NCBI GenBank assembly: GCA_000320545.1
Contig: ADNK01000643.1
Coordinates: forward strand, 1 to 64,000
Direction of reading: 5' to 3'
From: Bigelowiella natans CCMP2755
Taxonomy: Eukaryota; Protista; Cercozoa
DNA length: 64,000 nt
The notes under the pieces are model-generated. The model was not told the DNA's origin. It saw only the letters and a list, made by a program, of their open reading frames with translations, and did not search any database. Below, one piece after another: positions 26,310-38,793 of the stretch; position 1 is the first letter of the stretch; each line of letters starts with the position of its first letter. Made by a program: the position numbers and the translations under genes.

Positions 26310-27300
26310 CTCGAGACATTCATCACACTGTCACATCAGAAATGAGGCGTGGGCTGCGTGGCTCCTGCCCTAGTGTGCAATTGCTAGTGTGCCTGCCTGA
26401 CATGCCCGAGCATTTGCAGCTGGTCGCCGATGGGCGCTTTGGCAGTGCAACCACTGTGGCGTTGCAATGTTTCCTGTGCGATCATGGACACAAGGCATTG
26501 CGCACGTCCAAACCCAAAATCAGCCACCACCGCAAAAGAAACTCGACAACCTGGCAAGCATCGATGGGGTTTGGGGATCTTGCAATCTCACTCTGAGAAA
26601 ATGGTGCAGATGTTTTTGAAAAGCAATGTGGGTGGTGCGCGATCAAGCGAACAGCATCGTGAGGAAATTTTTGTGGATTGCAACAACCCGGACTGAAGAT
26701 CATCTAATCATTCTGGCATTGGTTGAGTTCAATGTGCGCTGCGGTCATCGCGAACTTTGAAGATGATGCAAATTGGAAGTCCGTTGTTGCGTGCGATGTG
26801 AGATCTTTTCATTGCAGAGTTTCATGACCATAGTTCCGTGTTTCATCAGAATGTCGTGTTGATTTCCTCATTGCACGCAACAATTTTCCATCATGCAGTG
26901 TGCGTGCATGCCATGTGCGCGCATGCATGCATCCAAGTAGCGGCCATTTTCATGACTCATCAGCTAGCGATGCAGACGACAGAGTGCCAATATGACACAC
27001 TATAGAGACTCCATGAGTGTCTATGCACGTGCATGGACGTCTCTGCACGTGCAAGTGCATCTGTTCCAATGCCGGCCTTGATCCACATGCGTGTGCATGT
27101 GTCCCACGCATCGCATCGCCACGTAGCCACGTGCATGTGTGCCTTTTTTCATGCGCACACGACACATGGTGCTTCATTTCTATTATCACTTCATTGTGAG
27201 TTTGCACCACGCATGCACAGCATGTGTCGTACCTAGCATTTCAGCTAATCAACAAATGATGGCATGGATGTCACATTCTACTCACATGCATGTACTTGCT
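26310..27300. other. TpA-depleted intergenic island B
   Basis: 6 TpA in 26311-26989: CTAG x3, CTAA, ATAG, GTAG. Confidence 0.9.
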
Positions 27301-27792
27301 TGCTTAGCGGTATAGCGTGCACACGTGTAGAGACTTTTTGTCTTACATGTGACGCATACGAACTTGCACGTACACGTGTCTGGATATATAGATACGGTTT
27401 GTCGCAATGATCGATGAAGTTGCATTATAGGCGCGTCACACATGCACACATACCACATGCACGCACGCGGCGGCATCTAGGGCATGCCATCCGGCCATGC
27501 GCCCAGCAATGAGCAGCATATTTTTTAACTGCATATCCAGATCGATGAACTGAGCGGAGTGTCCACGCACAATGGCGAGCAAGTTATCAGGCGTAAAATC
27601 GACAAGGATCACACATACAAACGTACGTGCGTGCGTGCATGTGCGCCTCCGTTAATCGTGCATGGTCTATAGGGTGCAACGTAATAATCTGAAGTGGGAG
27701 CCACATCACACGTTCTGATCCGTTTAATCTTGGTCGTGTTCTGCTATAACAGTTCGACATTCACCATGCATTTCAATTTTTAATATATCTTA

Positions 27793-29400
27793 TCCTTCAG
27801 GTTCTACTGGTGGCGCAGACGCTCCTGCTACAGGGTCGACGAGACCTCCGTAATTTCCGGCAACTCCTTCGTCCATAATTTTGTACTGGAGACCGCCCAC
27901 GCACAGAGCCAAAATCTGGACGACAGCGAGCAAAGGATCATTCCGTGAGAAAAAGTAAGTAGGCGTGCACTCTTGTGGCCCCTCATTTTGTAAGACATGC
28001 GTTGATGGATTGTAAATATATTATGTACGATTCGTTCTGGACATTCCATTCCTTATATGTTCTGCGCACCCATTTCCCCCCCTTCTTCCTTTTAGATAGA
28101 GTTTGGATGGTTAAAAGTAGCGTAAATATTACCGCTCCAACAATGGTAGCGCCGGCGCCTGCGAAAATTGCAGTTACGTAGGTAACATTTGAAGAGCCGT
28201 TGACACTATCGTGGACTGCTTTCTGAGAATATTTGTATCAAGCGAATCACTAACAAGAAACGCCATCAAAATATAAATGCCTCCCCTCCCCTCTACCTTC
28301 CACACCAGCACACACGCATGTGGCCATAATTGCAAATACGATAGATCCATATTCTATATCAAAATAGTAAACTTTGAATTAAAATGACTCACATTGATTT
28401 TACTTTGGCATCTATCAGACCACACACCAAGACTGAGGAAAGAGTGAAGAAAATGAATCAAGGAAACAATTAGATTACTATTCTTGAAGATCTAGTCAGA
28501 TTACATTCAGTTTTGCAGCGCTTGTAAAGGAAATCAGAATTTACGTAAAGACGTGCATCAATGACGGAATTCTTCGTCACACAGAGCTACAAATTCTCGT
28601 CGCTTAATCGTCAAAACTAGCTCTAGGTACTTTCACAAGAAAAAAAAAAGATATTATATCTAATGATTTGAGGACCAAGCCCAGAGCAGGAGTGAAATGA
28701 AGCAGAAAATTCCAACTGAAACATATCGCTTGTTCTCACCTAGAATACCGTCTGATGATGGGATAATATTTGAAATAATGAGAAGTTTTGTCAGCGAAAT
28801 TACAAAATTCTCCGCGGACAACAGGCGAAAAACTACCTCCTCCATACATCAGACGAAGCCCCACAACAGCTGCTCCAACGAGGAGCATGACCAACGTGAA
28901 AGAGAGCAGCCCCACTGTTATACAGGAGGAGGGGGGAATTAGAAAGATTGACGGTAATCATGGCAGTTGAGTAGAAATGACTTATTCCACTATGGTATAT
29001 TTAGTCTCCAACCACGTATCTACGCTAATCATTTATGACAATTCTTCGAAATCTATGTTTCACGTAATACAGATGTCTTTGCCTGCCTGCCCACAATCTT
29101 CGCAGTAATTAAGGCCTGGTAACGATGTGAGATCGTGAATATTACGTCGAAAGATACTGCGAAGCTCAGAAACCAAAATGTTAGGAGGAAATTTGCTCGC
29201 AAAATATGCAGTGGGTAGTCGCATAGATACATCTTAACGCGTTACATGCAATATGGGTAGTCTCGTGTGCTTTACTACTTAATACACATACTGGATGGGC
29301 ACTGATCTTTGTTCGTATACTTCCCCGAGACGGTTGAATCAACAGAACCCGAACTAGTCTTGGTCTGCACAAAAGTAATATTAAGGATAGAGATAATACA
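27793..29400 (-). CDS. Hypothetical membrane protein, multi-exon
   Basis: Hydrophobic exons NVTYVTAIFAGAGATIVGAVIFTLLLTIQ (~28200-28090) and DPLLAVVQILALCVGGLQYK...PEG*. The 5' end is uncertain. Confidence 0.4.
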
Positions 29401-30381
29401 AAAGTCAAAGTGAAGCAATAGTAGACTAAGAGCAATCAAATATACTGACCTCAAATTTTTGTAAGCCGAATTTCGATGTGGATTTAAAATTATCACTCTT
29501 AATCATTGCGTACCCCCAGGCGGCATCATTTGGTTGGTCTCCTGAAGGGGGCAAAAAGAATTGACGGGAGATCTCTTCTCTACGTGACAAGAGACGTTCA
29601 CACACACGGCATATCCAGACATCACGCACCATGGATTATTCGCCCAACATACAAGAGAGAGAGTTGCGGAGATCTACACAAAGAAAGGGACCTGCGAATC
29701 CCACGATGACCATGATGAAGATCAGGAACAAAAGGAAGAAAGAGATAAGGTGGCCGGTTTTAGGAGTCATCTTTGCTCTGCGGATTGGAGTTGAGAAGTG
29801 GGGGAAGATATCTATAATCTACGCAGCCTACGCAGCCTACAAGTAACGCAGCCTACAAGTAACGCAGTTCTGGAATCTTTAGGAGAAAAACGGCAGAACA
29901 AAACGAAATTACACAGGATGTCGCGAAGTAAAAATATCTGGTAAATTGTGGTATACCCAGGTAGCGACGGGTGCCCGCTTTCTTCTACATGTATATGTCG
30001 TCAGGGCGAAATGTCGGGTAAAACTGTGTTTTGACCGGTGCAATGCGCATGCTGTGTGGTGTACCCAACTGGAGTACTCACTGGACTGTAGTACCCGCTA
30101 AAACAAATATTAAAATTTCTTCCATTTTACATCGAAATCCGAGCGAATCCAGACGACACTTGGGATAAATTAGTTGTCGCAGGTAAAAGGTAACTGCTGC
30201 CACTGTTCACGAGAAGACACTGTTGCGTGCGTTTCTTCGGCTCCATCATCTTTCTCTTCTGTTCCATGTCTTGATCCGATAATCTACCATGATCCGAAAG
30301 CGCGGTCTCAGAGCTTAGGCTGGGATAAAGCAAATCTAGCTATTTGAGCAATTGCCCCTACGGACTCGAGCCCTCCTGCGG

Positions 30382-33300
30382 ATGCAAGCCTTTGCACGGA
30401 GTAAACGCTTCACCACTTTCGCAAAGCTTTTGCGTTCTTCGAGTTGTAAGAAGAGAGCAGCGGTTCGTCGAACAGCCTCCAGACGGAACGTGGCCGCCTT
30501 TTCTACTCATTCCATAAGTTCAGAGGTCATAGTATATAAGCTTATTTAAATTTGTTACTACATATCTAAATTTAACTTTTTGCCACAGACCCCTCAACAA
30601 ATTGATGAAACCCAGCGACGTATCGATAAGAAAACTTCAGCAACTAGAGCACGTTCCCTGGTTTCTCTCAAGGACGACTGTGACCTGCAAAATGATTTCG
30701 ATGAAACCACTATACGCTATGTAGCTTGGGCTTATGTCGAAAGGATACTCGAGCATTTGAAAGATCCCTCGGTCGGTAGTGATGGAGAGGCAATCATACG
30801 AGCCTTCTCAGCTCTGGAATTTCTCTCTCAAGGAATGATAACAAGTCTGAAGGACTTTTCGCCTAAAAGTGCACAAAGGGATTCTGTTATCGACTCTCTG
30901 CACTGCGCAGTCGATACATGGAGATCTCTATTTCTTAAGCGGATCTTTCCCAGGTTTGACCCTGAAAAGGGCGAAGCTCGGTCAAACCTTTTCGACCTTC
31001 AATCGCGCGAGGCGACGAGGAAACTAATTCAAGAGTTGCAGTTTGATCAGGAAATCGGAGAAGCGAGCGAAACATTCAAGCACATCGAGGTTTTCTTCCG
31101 CGGATCCCATCAAATATGCGAGGTTGTGTTTTGGGTCCAGCGACAACTCTTAAAGAGGTTCCAAGTCCATCAAGAGCATAGAGATCTGTGCCTTTATAGC
31201 ACAAATGTATGACCAGCTCTCGCATCAGATGACGAATCTAAAATATATGGTACATTGACCAAGCTAACGCTTTTAGGGTTTCTTTTCCTACTCAATTCCT
31301 GCGGAGAGTTGAACGTAATGTTTTGGGAAATTAGGACATCTACGAGTATGCTCGTTATCGACCAGCACTTACGGGGACATCTGGCGCTGGTTCATTTCAG
31401 CTGCGATTTCTTAAGCGCCAAACTGATGCAGTGTTCATGGTAATAAGTACAATTTTTGGATTTTTCCTTCTAACACAAAAGTATAGTCGGGATGAGTGTT
31501 TGCATCGTCAACATCTAGCAACGATCCTGCGAGAAAAAGTAGAACAAAAATCGTAATAATGCCTAGAAACGTATTCATATAATTTTGGATATCTCCATGT
31601 AGTCTTCCCTGAGCATGCTGGAAGCTTTACGGATGGAGAACAGCACTGATAGTGCGGAGAGTGAAGGGAAATTATTTGGAGACATAGAAGGGAAGACGCA
31701 AAAGATTAGCGCGCTTTCTGAAGAAGAAGTCGATCGCATTGTTGACGATTTTGCTCTCTTATTAAGTAAATGCTTCATTCCCACAATGAGAGAATAATTC
31801 TTCCTTCATAGAGCTTCCTCCCTGTGCCTCTATATTTAATTTGGTTTTATTCTAAATTCAAATGACAGGCACCCCCGGGACACCAGAGTACGATCTGGCA
31901 CTTTCTGTACACTCTCTTGTTACTTCGGATCTGCTTTTCTGGAATCATCATGCGATGCTCGCAGCTTGTAGCATCGGTCTAAACACCCACGGAACAATGT
32001 CCATGTCCGTATCGATGCTGTTCAAGCGCATCAACCAGCGGTTGAACAAGTCCACAATGCTCAAGGCCCTATCCGAAGTCAGCAGCAAGATTGAGGCAAG
32101 CGACCCTGAAAACCACTGGATCACGGTCGACTATGCGGGCAAAAGGCTAGGAAAGGCCATATTTGAGAAGCTGGACTACTCTAGGAGCCGTGAAGTGAGA
32201 CAGAAAATAGAGGTAGATCAAAAGGATATTCTGAGCAGCCGATACGTTGAGAAATCACTCTACCGCCGGTACTTTGAGTGGGAGAAGTTGGCCAATCTGA
32301 ACGAATACCTACGATTCGAGACGTTCGGCTCAGGACTTCACATCAGCTCTGCGCCAAATATCGTTGCTGAGGCGATGGAAAAGCACATGTTGATGGGAAA
32401 TGACATATGGGGACACTACTTTGAGAGCACATTACCGCGAATACAGAGCACCGTCCTGCGGTTGCTAGATTTACCTGAGGGGGGGCACTGGACTGTCACT
32501 GAAGGCGCAAACACGACGGAGTTTCTACCACGAATCTTTTCGAGCGCACTGAGTGCAAGCACTGGGAAGACCCATATTGTAACCACCGATTCCGAGTTCC
32601 TCGCCGCGGACCGTGCTTTCGCTGAGAGGAGGGATTGCGTCTCAATGGTACCCTTCGGAGTCGGCTGCGACTTCAAAAAGACCCTTGACGACATCGCTGC
32701 GTTGGTGCGATCGCGGTCAGACGTAGGGCTGGTGTTTCTGTCACAGGTATACTCGAATACACAGGCTAGCTTGACTGAGAAGGAATTTGGAGACTTTCTT
32801 GGTTCGATCCCTGCAGAGGTGGCGGTGTGCGTTGACGTTACACAGGGCTTCTGCAACACTCCCTTCTCCTGGGGGAATGCGCTAGGGGGGGGCAGAACCT
32901 CCCCAGTGTACATAACGGGCACCTTCGTCAAACACGGAAGGGCAGGAGAAGGTGTTGGGTTCTTGGCACATCCTCGAGTCACCGCGGAGAGACTCCGGCC
33001 TCAGAACTCCGGCTGGACCGCATGTTTGTCCGGCCTTGGATCAGCCTCCACGCGATGCACGGAAGGGAGGGCAGCCTTCGATCAGGGCCTAGAATGGAGG
33101 GGAGGTACCCCTGCGAACTTCGCACACCTTGAGCTCGCAGTGCACACGTGGGATACCCTTCTTTTTAAGGAAAATAGGACGCTGTCCGACTTTCATGAAT
33201 ACGTCCAGGATTTGATCAAGCTGTTCCTCGATACGCTCGATTTCCAAGGCGTGGAAATTCTGAACCGACACAATCTGCTCGAGCGTGAGCGCAGGAAAGC

Positions 33301-33615
33301 GTTCCCTCACAGGGCATCAAATGCCCTCGTGTTTGACGTTGGTGAGAGAGCGAGTGACCTCCTGGACTACTTACGACAAAGCCACGGTGTGGTTTGTGAT
33401 TGCCGGAATTCAAGGTAATGTCACTGATTGTGTTCTTTGGTTGGACCGACGTGTTTACATCTTAAACGATATTCGTCATGAAAAGACCGGTCTATCATAT
33501 TCAATTGATTTTCTTCAGGTATGTTCGCGTGGGATTCGGCATCGAGCATGGTCCTGCACAAGTCCAAATTCTGGCGAACGCTATATCAAGTTATGAGGAA
33601 GGCCAGCAGAAGTAA
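30382..33615 (+). CDS. PLP-dependent class V aminotransferase/kynureninase-like enzyme with N-terminal TDO-like region and transit-like leader
   Basis: FLSQVY, VCVDVTQG, PLP-lysine region GTFVKHGRAGEGVGFL, RPQNSGWTA, GGTP, YVRVGFG. N-terminal EVFFRGSHQICEVVF and FWNHHAMLAACSIG..GT. Confidence 0.75.
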
Positions 33616-33920
33616 CTTCATAGTGAAGCGTCGTATCGAAAACAGGGCGATGATTGCAGCCGATATTGAGCAACGGAACTGACGCATATGATGAAAGGAT
33701 AGGGAAATCCTCATAATAAACGCCCTCACGTATGAACACGTAAATTATGGGGAACCCCAAAATAACAATGTGAAACCATCTCATCACACAGGCGTATGTG
33801 CATATGACACAGCCTTGGACATGAATGCGCCACGCTGATGCAAATAAATTGACAGCGGCTATGACCTTCCCGTGACAACGCCATGAGTTCATGTTTTCAC
33901 GCTTCCTTCCTTCCAGCAAG

Positions 33921-33954
<34 letters not shown>

Positions 33955-34533
33955 CATATGCTATATGTAGCGCATAGGTACGTAACTACTGCGGCGCTAC
34001 ACACCAGTAGGATCCTCCGTGCTAGCGTGGACTAGGCAGCCATCATTTGCAATCATTATCGATGCGGGTGCAAGCAGCATTCTAGCGTTGTTGTGGCGTA
34101 AGTACGCACTAGAGCACAAATAACAGTGTAGCAATCTACAAATTTATATAAATTTAATGGATTAATTACATCTGTCTTACAATCTACATGCGTCATGGTC
34201 TCATGCGTTGCCTGATGCAATGGACACATGGTCACCATGCTTGTGCACAGACTACACGCAACCTCATGACATGAAGCTAACGCAAGCAGCAAGCAGATCG
34301 AGCATTCCTGTGTGCAGCCTACATGCAGCGCATTTGCACAGCTACGGGGAATTGCGCAATGCTGCGCGTGATGAAATAGAGAAAGAGTAATGAGCAAGAA
34401 CTTTTCAAGCCATGATGCATCCGCCTACTTGTGATGAGTACTACAAGCACTGCCTTGGACAAGCCTGTGCCCAAGGCTGTAGTACGGCACGCTAAAGCAT
34501 GCTGCTTCATGGAAACGTAGTGTCGTGTAGCCT

Positions 34534-35610
34534 TCATAAGGACGGCTCAGAGGTGTCAGTGGTACAAACCGCTACCCCTGGCTTGAAAGGACTGCCGAGA
34601 ACCACGCTATCGCCCCAGATGATTCCGGTAGAGATCATCGATAGTGCCTGCCCGTCCTGAAGCAGGTCGAAAGTCGCCTCCAGCTTTGGTGGTGTGGCCG
34701 AAGATGAAGAGCTTGAAGCTGGGTCAGGAGAGAACACAGTAAGGCCTCCGGGATTGACTACTGTGTCGTCGCCCATTCTAACAGGAACAAAAACATGATG
34801 ATTAGCTGATGTACTGAGACCAACTTCGTACGGATTTGTTGTCTCCTCTTTTGTTTTCTTGGTCAGGCATGTGTAGCAACAATACAGTGCGATTTAAAAG
34901 CCAGGATGAACGTACATAATCTTCGCGGACAAGAATGGAAACGGCGTGGCGCTGGCGAGTATGCTCCCACTTGACTGTCGGTGTATAGAAGGATAGCATA
35001 AAGTACGTGTGTGTCTGTGTGTGGGGAGTGTTGGTGTGAGGGAGGGAGGGGGAGAGAGGGGGGTGGGGGGGGAGGGGAAGAGAGCGAGGGCAATAAGGAA
35101 CACGTGAATACCTCATCATAGTCCAGATTGTCTATCATGTGTGGCGATGCTATTTCTCCACGGGCCTCGAGCAATCCATCGGCAGTAATCTTAAACATCC
35201 TTATCAGGTTTCCATACATATCAGCCTGAAGCGAAGAGGGGGGGAGAAGGGTGTTTGAAGTACACCATCGACACGTATATTACTCATCAGGCAGAGAGAA
35301 GGAAAGAGAAGAGGCAAGAAATCACCCCCGATCAATATCTGAGTAGATAAATGTGCTTAGACCCCTTTATCTCAACCCTTTTCCTTGTGAGAACCAATAC
35401 CCCATCACCCCACTTCCCGGTCTCTTTTTCCTTCCCCCCCTCTCTTTCCTATACTTCATACTGACCGCAAAGACAAAGCTTCTGTCCTTTGTTGCCGTTA
35501 TCCCGTTGTAGAAAAGACCCAGCTTGTCTGACGCTTTCGCACACTAGGGAAAAATACGTGAAATGGATGGGGAAATGTCCCTATTTGTTCGATCATTGTG
35601 CACTGAGCGG

Positions 35611-35651
<41 letters not shown>

Positions 35652-36291
35652 TATATATTATACTTATATGTTATCTTTTATTTACGTCCAAAGACTGCGC
35701 TCATACCTTCCATCCGACACGCTGCCCCTTGTTCTTATGACATCCGTAGATGTAGCTCCGAGGGACCCACATTTGTCCAAGGGTCTCCAAAAGCTAGCAG
35801 CATATTATCATTTGTGAAATATGGGTATTGTTATTGGGGGCGATGGGAGGTGACGAACTACGCCGTGAAGACGTGGAATACTAACATTCAGTAAAACGCC
35901 TACATACACAACACCTCCACATTTCCCTGGACGCCAGCACACTCACACACACACACACACACACTTGAATCTATATGCCTGGATATACTGCAAATAAACA
36001 CAGCCATATGAGCGAGCGGGGAAAATTTAGGTGAGTGCGACAGTTGCAGAAAAGATATCCGACGTTTTGGACTGCTTCTCTGATCGTAAAAGGCCCGTGA
36101 GCTCCTCCCAGAGGCTGTGAATACCAATGAAACCTGGTAGTGAGAGGGATAGGGTACAGGAAAACAGCAGAGTGCGGATGCGAAGGCTTGAGGATGAAAA
36201 TCAGCGATAGCACCAGCAACAACGACCTCTTGAAAGTGGGGAAGAAAGCTAAAGTTATTTAGAGGTAGCTGCAGTAGCAGCACAGCAGAGG

Positions 36292-36322
<31 letters not shown>

Positions 36323-37731
36323 GATTGGTAGTAGTATGGTTAGTCGTTGTAGGATTGGTAGTAGTATTAGTAGTAGGCAGCATCGGTGGAAGTAGCATCA
36401 TGCAGCGGGACAATAGTTGTGCTAGTAATGATGCCTGGTAACGAAGATTTCATCTGCGGACCGGCCTTCAACAACGTCGTTGATCACAGTGTTCTCAGGG
36501 GTCGGTAAGATGGAATCCACGTGCACGAGGCGCAACGAGGAAGCAGCCGAGGATGAGGACGACGACGATGACGCAGAAGGTTGCATCACCGAAAACACTT
36601 CGACGTAACTTCCCCTATAGCGTTAGATTATTTTTTCAATGGAAAGCAAACGATGCAAGAAGGCAGTCTGAGGGGCAAAAAGGTGACATTTAGCTAATTT
36701 TGTCCTGTGGATTCTCAAACTTTTGCACAGTGCTGAGCAACAATCACTTGCATTATGAAACCTTATTTTCAGAAGCAGAGGCTCCCATTGTTTGTTTTTC
36801 TAGGAAATCGGAAATTAAGTCTTACTCGCCCTGGAAGGGGTGCGATACAGCGTAGAGTCTATTGGTGGCATTCGAGTAAAAAATGCCTAAGGAGTGAAAC
36901 AATCACACAGTACATATTAACATACAAGAGAGAGAGAATGTTCCGTTCCTTACATGACAGTTGGCAGTCATGATCATGAGAAGGTCACAGTGACTATGAA
37001 TATCGCCACCCGTTACTTCACACGCTCTTAACGCATGATTGTGCCAATTCGAAAGGTTTGTTATCAGGGACCGTGTGGTTGGAACCTCCGCCCCTCTGGG
37101 AAGTTCTCAATGGTGAGCGGCGTCGGCATCGACATGGAGGTTTCACGAATAGAGTTTAGATCGAGAGCAAAAATGAATCCTTGCTTGGCCGGCCCCTGCG
37201 TCCCTGTGGCGAATACACCCTGCAGGTCGCCTGCAGATCCGAAGGCAATCTGAGATCCGATGGAGGGCCATTTAGGGAATCGTTATGAGTAATTGTTGAG
37301 ATGCGTAGCATAACGTACTGACCCCATTCTTGTACATTGTAAAGTCCTCTGAGTTGGCGAGAATCTCACTTCCCACATTCTCGCAACGGAGCTAATAATT
37401 ATAATGAATGAGGATGGTGATGTTAGCGAGGACGATGAAGAGGAAAGAGGGGGGGATGGAAACAGATGTTTGTGGTGAAATTCACAGTGATGCCAGAAAA
37501 TCCCTGCGCACACTTACATCATATGTCACGTCACCCTTGAACACGCCAAGAAGGAGGGCCACGTAACCCCCCCATGCCAGCGCCGGTCTGTATGAAAGGC
37601 GAACAACAAAAAGTCGAATACATTCATCCTAGTGTTTCATCGGGCGAAATCGGGAAAAGATCTCTCCCACGCTACGAGAGGTAGATCTAAAAGCATTACA
37701 CGAGGATGCAGGTGACGAGGCGGCACAGCAT
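34534..37731 (-). CDS. Paraoxonase/arylesterase-like beta-propeller (PON-like), multi-exon
   Basis: Signal anchor MLCRLVTCIL|TGAGMGGYVALLLGVF; ANSEDF; FIFALDL; FQPHG|IFYSNATNRLYAVSHP; SYVEVF; INDVVEG; FTNDN; MIDNL. These match PON motifs in order. Confidence 0.82.
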
Positions 37732-37795
37732 CGTTCCGAACGAGCTCGGAAGGTGTGAGCAATTTTCAGCCTACGACAGTGTTTTCCCTCTCTAC

Positions 37796-38700
37796 ATCTT
37801 GTCGCAAACACCAATTTGCCTTGGAACCAATGCGCGACTGTGACGGGGGAAAATGCTGACAACCATCAACTCACTGAAGTTGGTTCGAGGCACGTGCTGC
37901 GTTTCGCACACTGCAAGTGTCTTGCAACACTTTGGAAATGCAGTTTCTCATCGTTGCTTCATTGTTTCAATGTTGTGCAATGCTTGGAATGCACGTGAAC
38001 GCACTTCGTTCACAACATCAACGGGTCGACACTTTTTTTCAAGAAAGAAGCAAGCGCCCAGCGTGCCAGCACGGTCGTGCATGCTGGCATGCCAGCACGC
38101 TCACATCATCAGCGCGTGTCTGCAGCTGTCACAAAACCATCCGACAGAAGTGTCTGGACGTGTGCACGTTGCACGTCGCTGCACATCTTTGGGTCAACAT
38201 GCATGCGTGCACGAGACGGATGGCACATCTGTGCATGTGCAATGCACATGCAAATGCATCAAGACGTCTCCAGATCTGTGGGACACATCTCGATGACCTA
38301 GCGATGTGCATGCTGGCATGCTGTCTGTTGTGTGCTCTGTGGACACTGCACTGAGCGCGACATCAACGGCCAGGATGTGCCAGTGTGGATGCTTTCAAAT
38401 GCATGAAACAGCGAAACAGCACGATCTGCTAGCCATGGATGTGGCAGAGACAAACAACAATTTCATGACATGTCCAACGCAATCGCATCCGTCTCACACT
38501 GCACTGCGCAAGCGACATCGGCGACAGGATGTGAATGCTTTCAAATGCATGAATTTGCACAGAAAATGCACAATGGCCGAGACAAACAGATGCATGCAAC
38601 ATGAGCGCTGGCCGCTTCATCAAATCCGTCTCACATACACTGCATGTCTAGACTGTCTAGCTGTGTTTCTGTCATTACTAGGTTATTAATATGCTTCTAG
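37796..38700. other. TpA-depleted intergenic island D with internal ~150-bp tandem duplication
   Basis: 2 TpA in 37796-38635, both CTAG (38299, 38430). CAGGATGTG...GCTTTCAAATGCATGAA...GAGACAAACA...ATCCGTCTCACA occurs twice (38371, 38525). Confidence 0.92.
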
Positions 38701-38793
38701 CAATGATTTTTCCATGGCGGTACACACAATACCAGACAAGAGACACGCACATCCAGCGCTAAAGCGCGACAAGCTAGCCAGAGTGGCGTGCAA

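Noticed and set aside
36530-37010. Classical RIP (CpA to TpA) acting on the 36.8-kb copy
   Set aside because: The TpA-bearing copy is the intact spliced exon with PON motifs and canonical acceptors, so TA is ancestral.
37755-37790. Spliced-leader-like sequence TGTCGTAGGCTGAAAATTGC upstream of two genes
   Set aside because: Homology extends about 110 bp, and there is no donor GT or Sm site. A dispersed repeat is the simpler reading.
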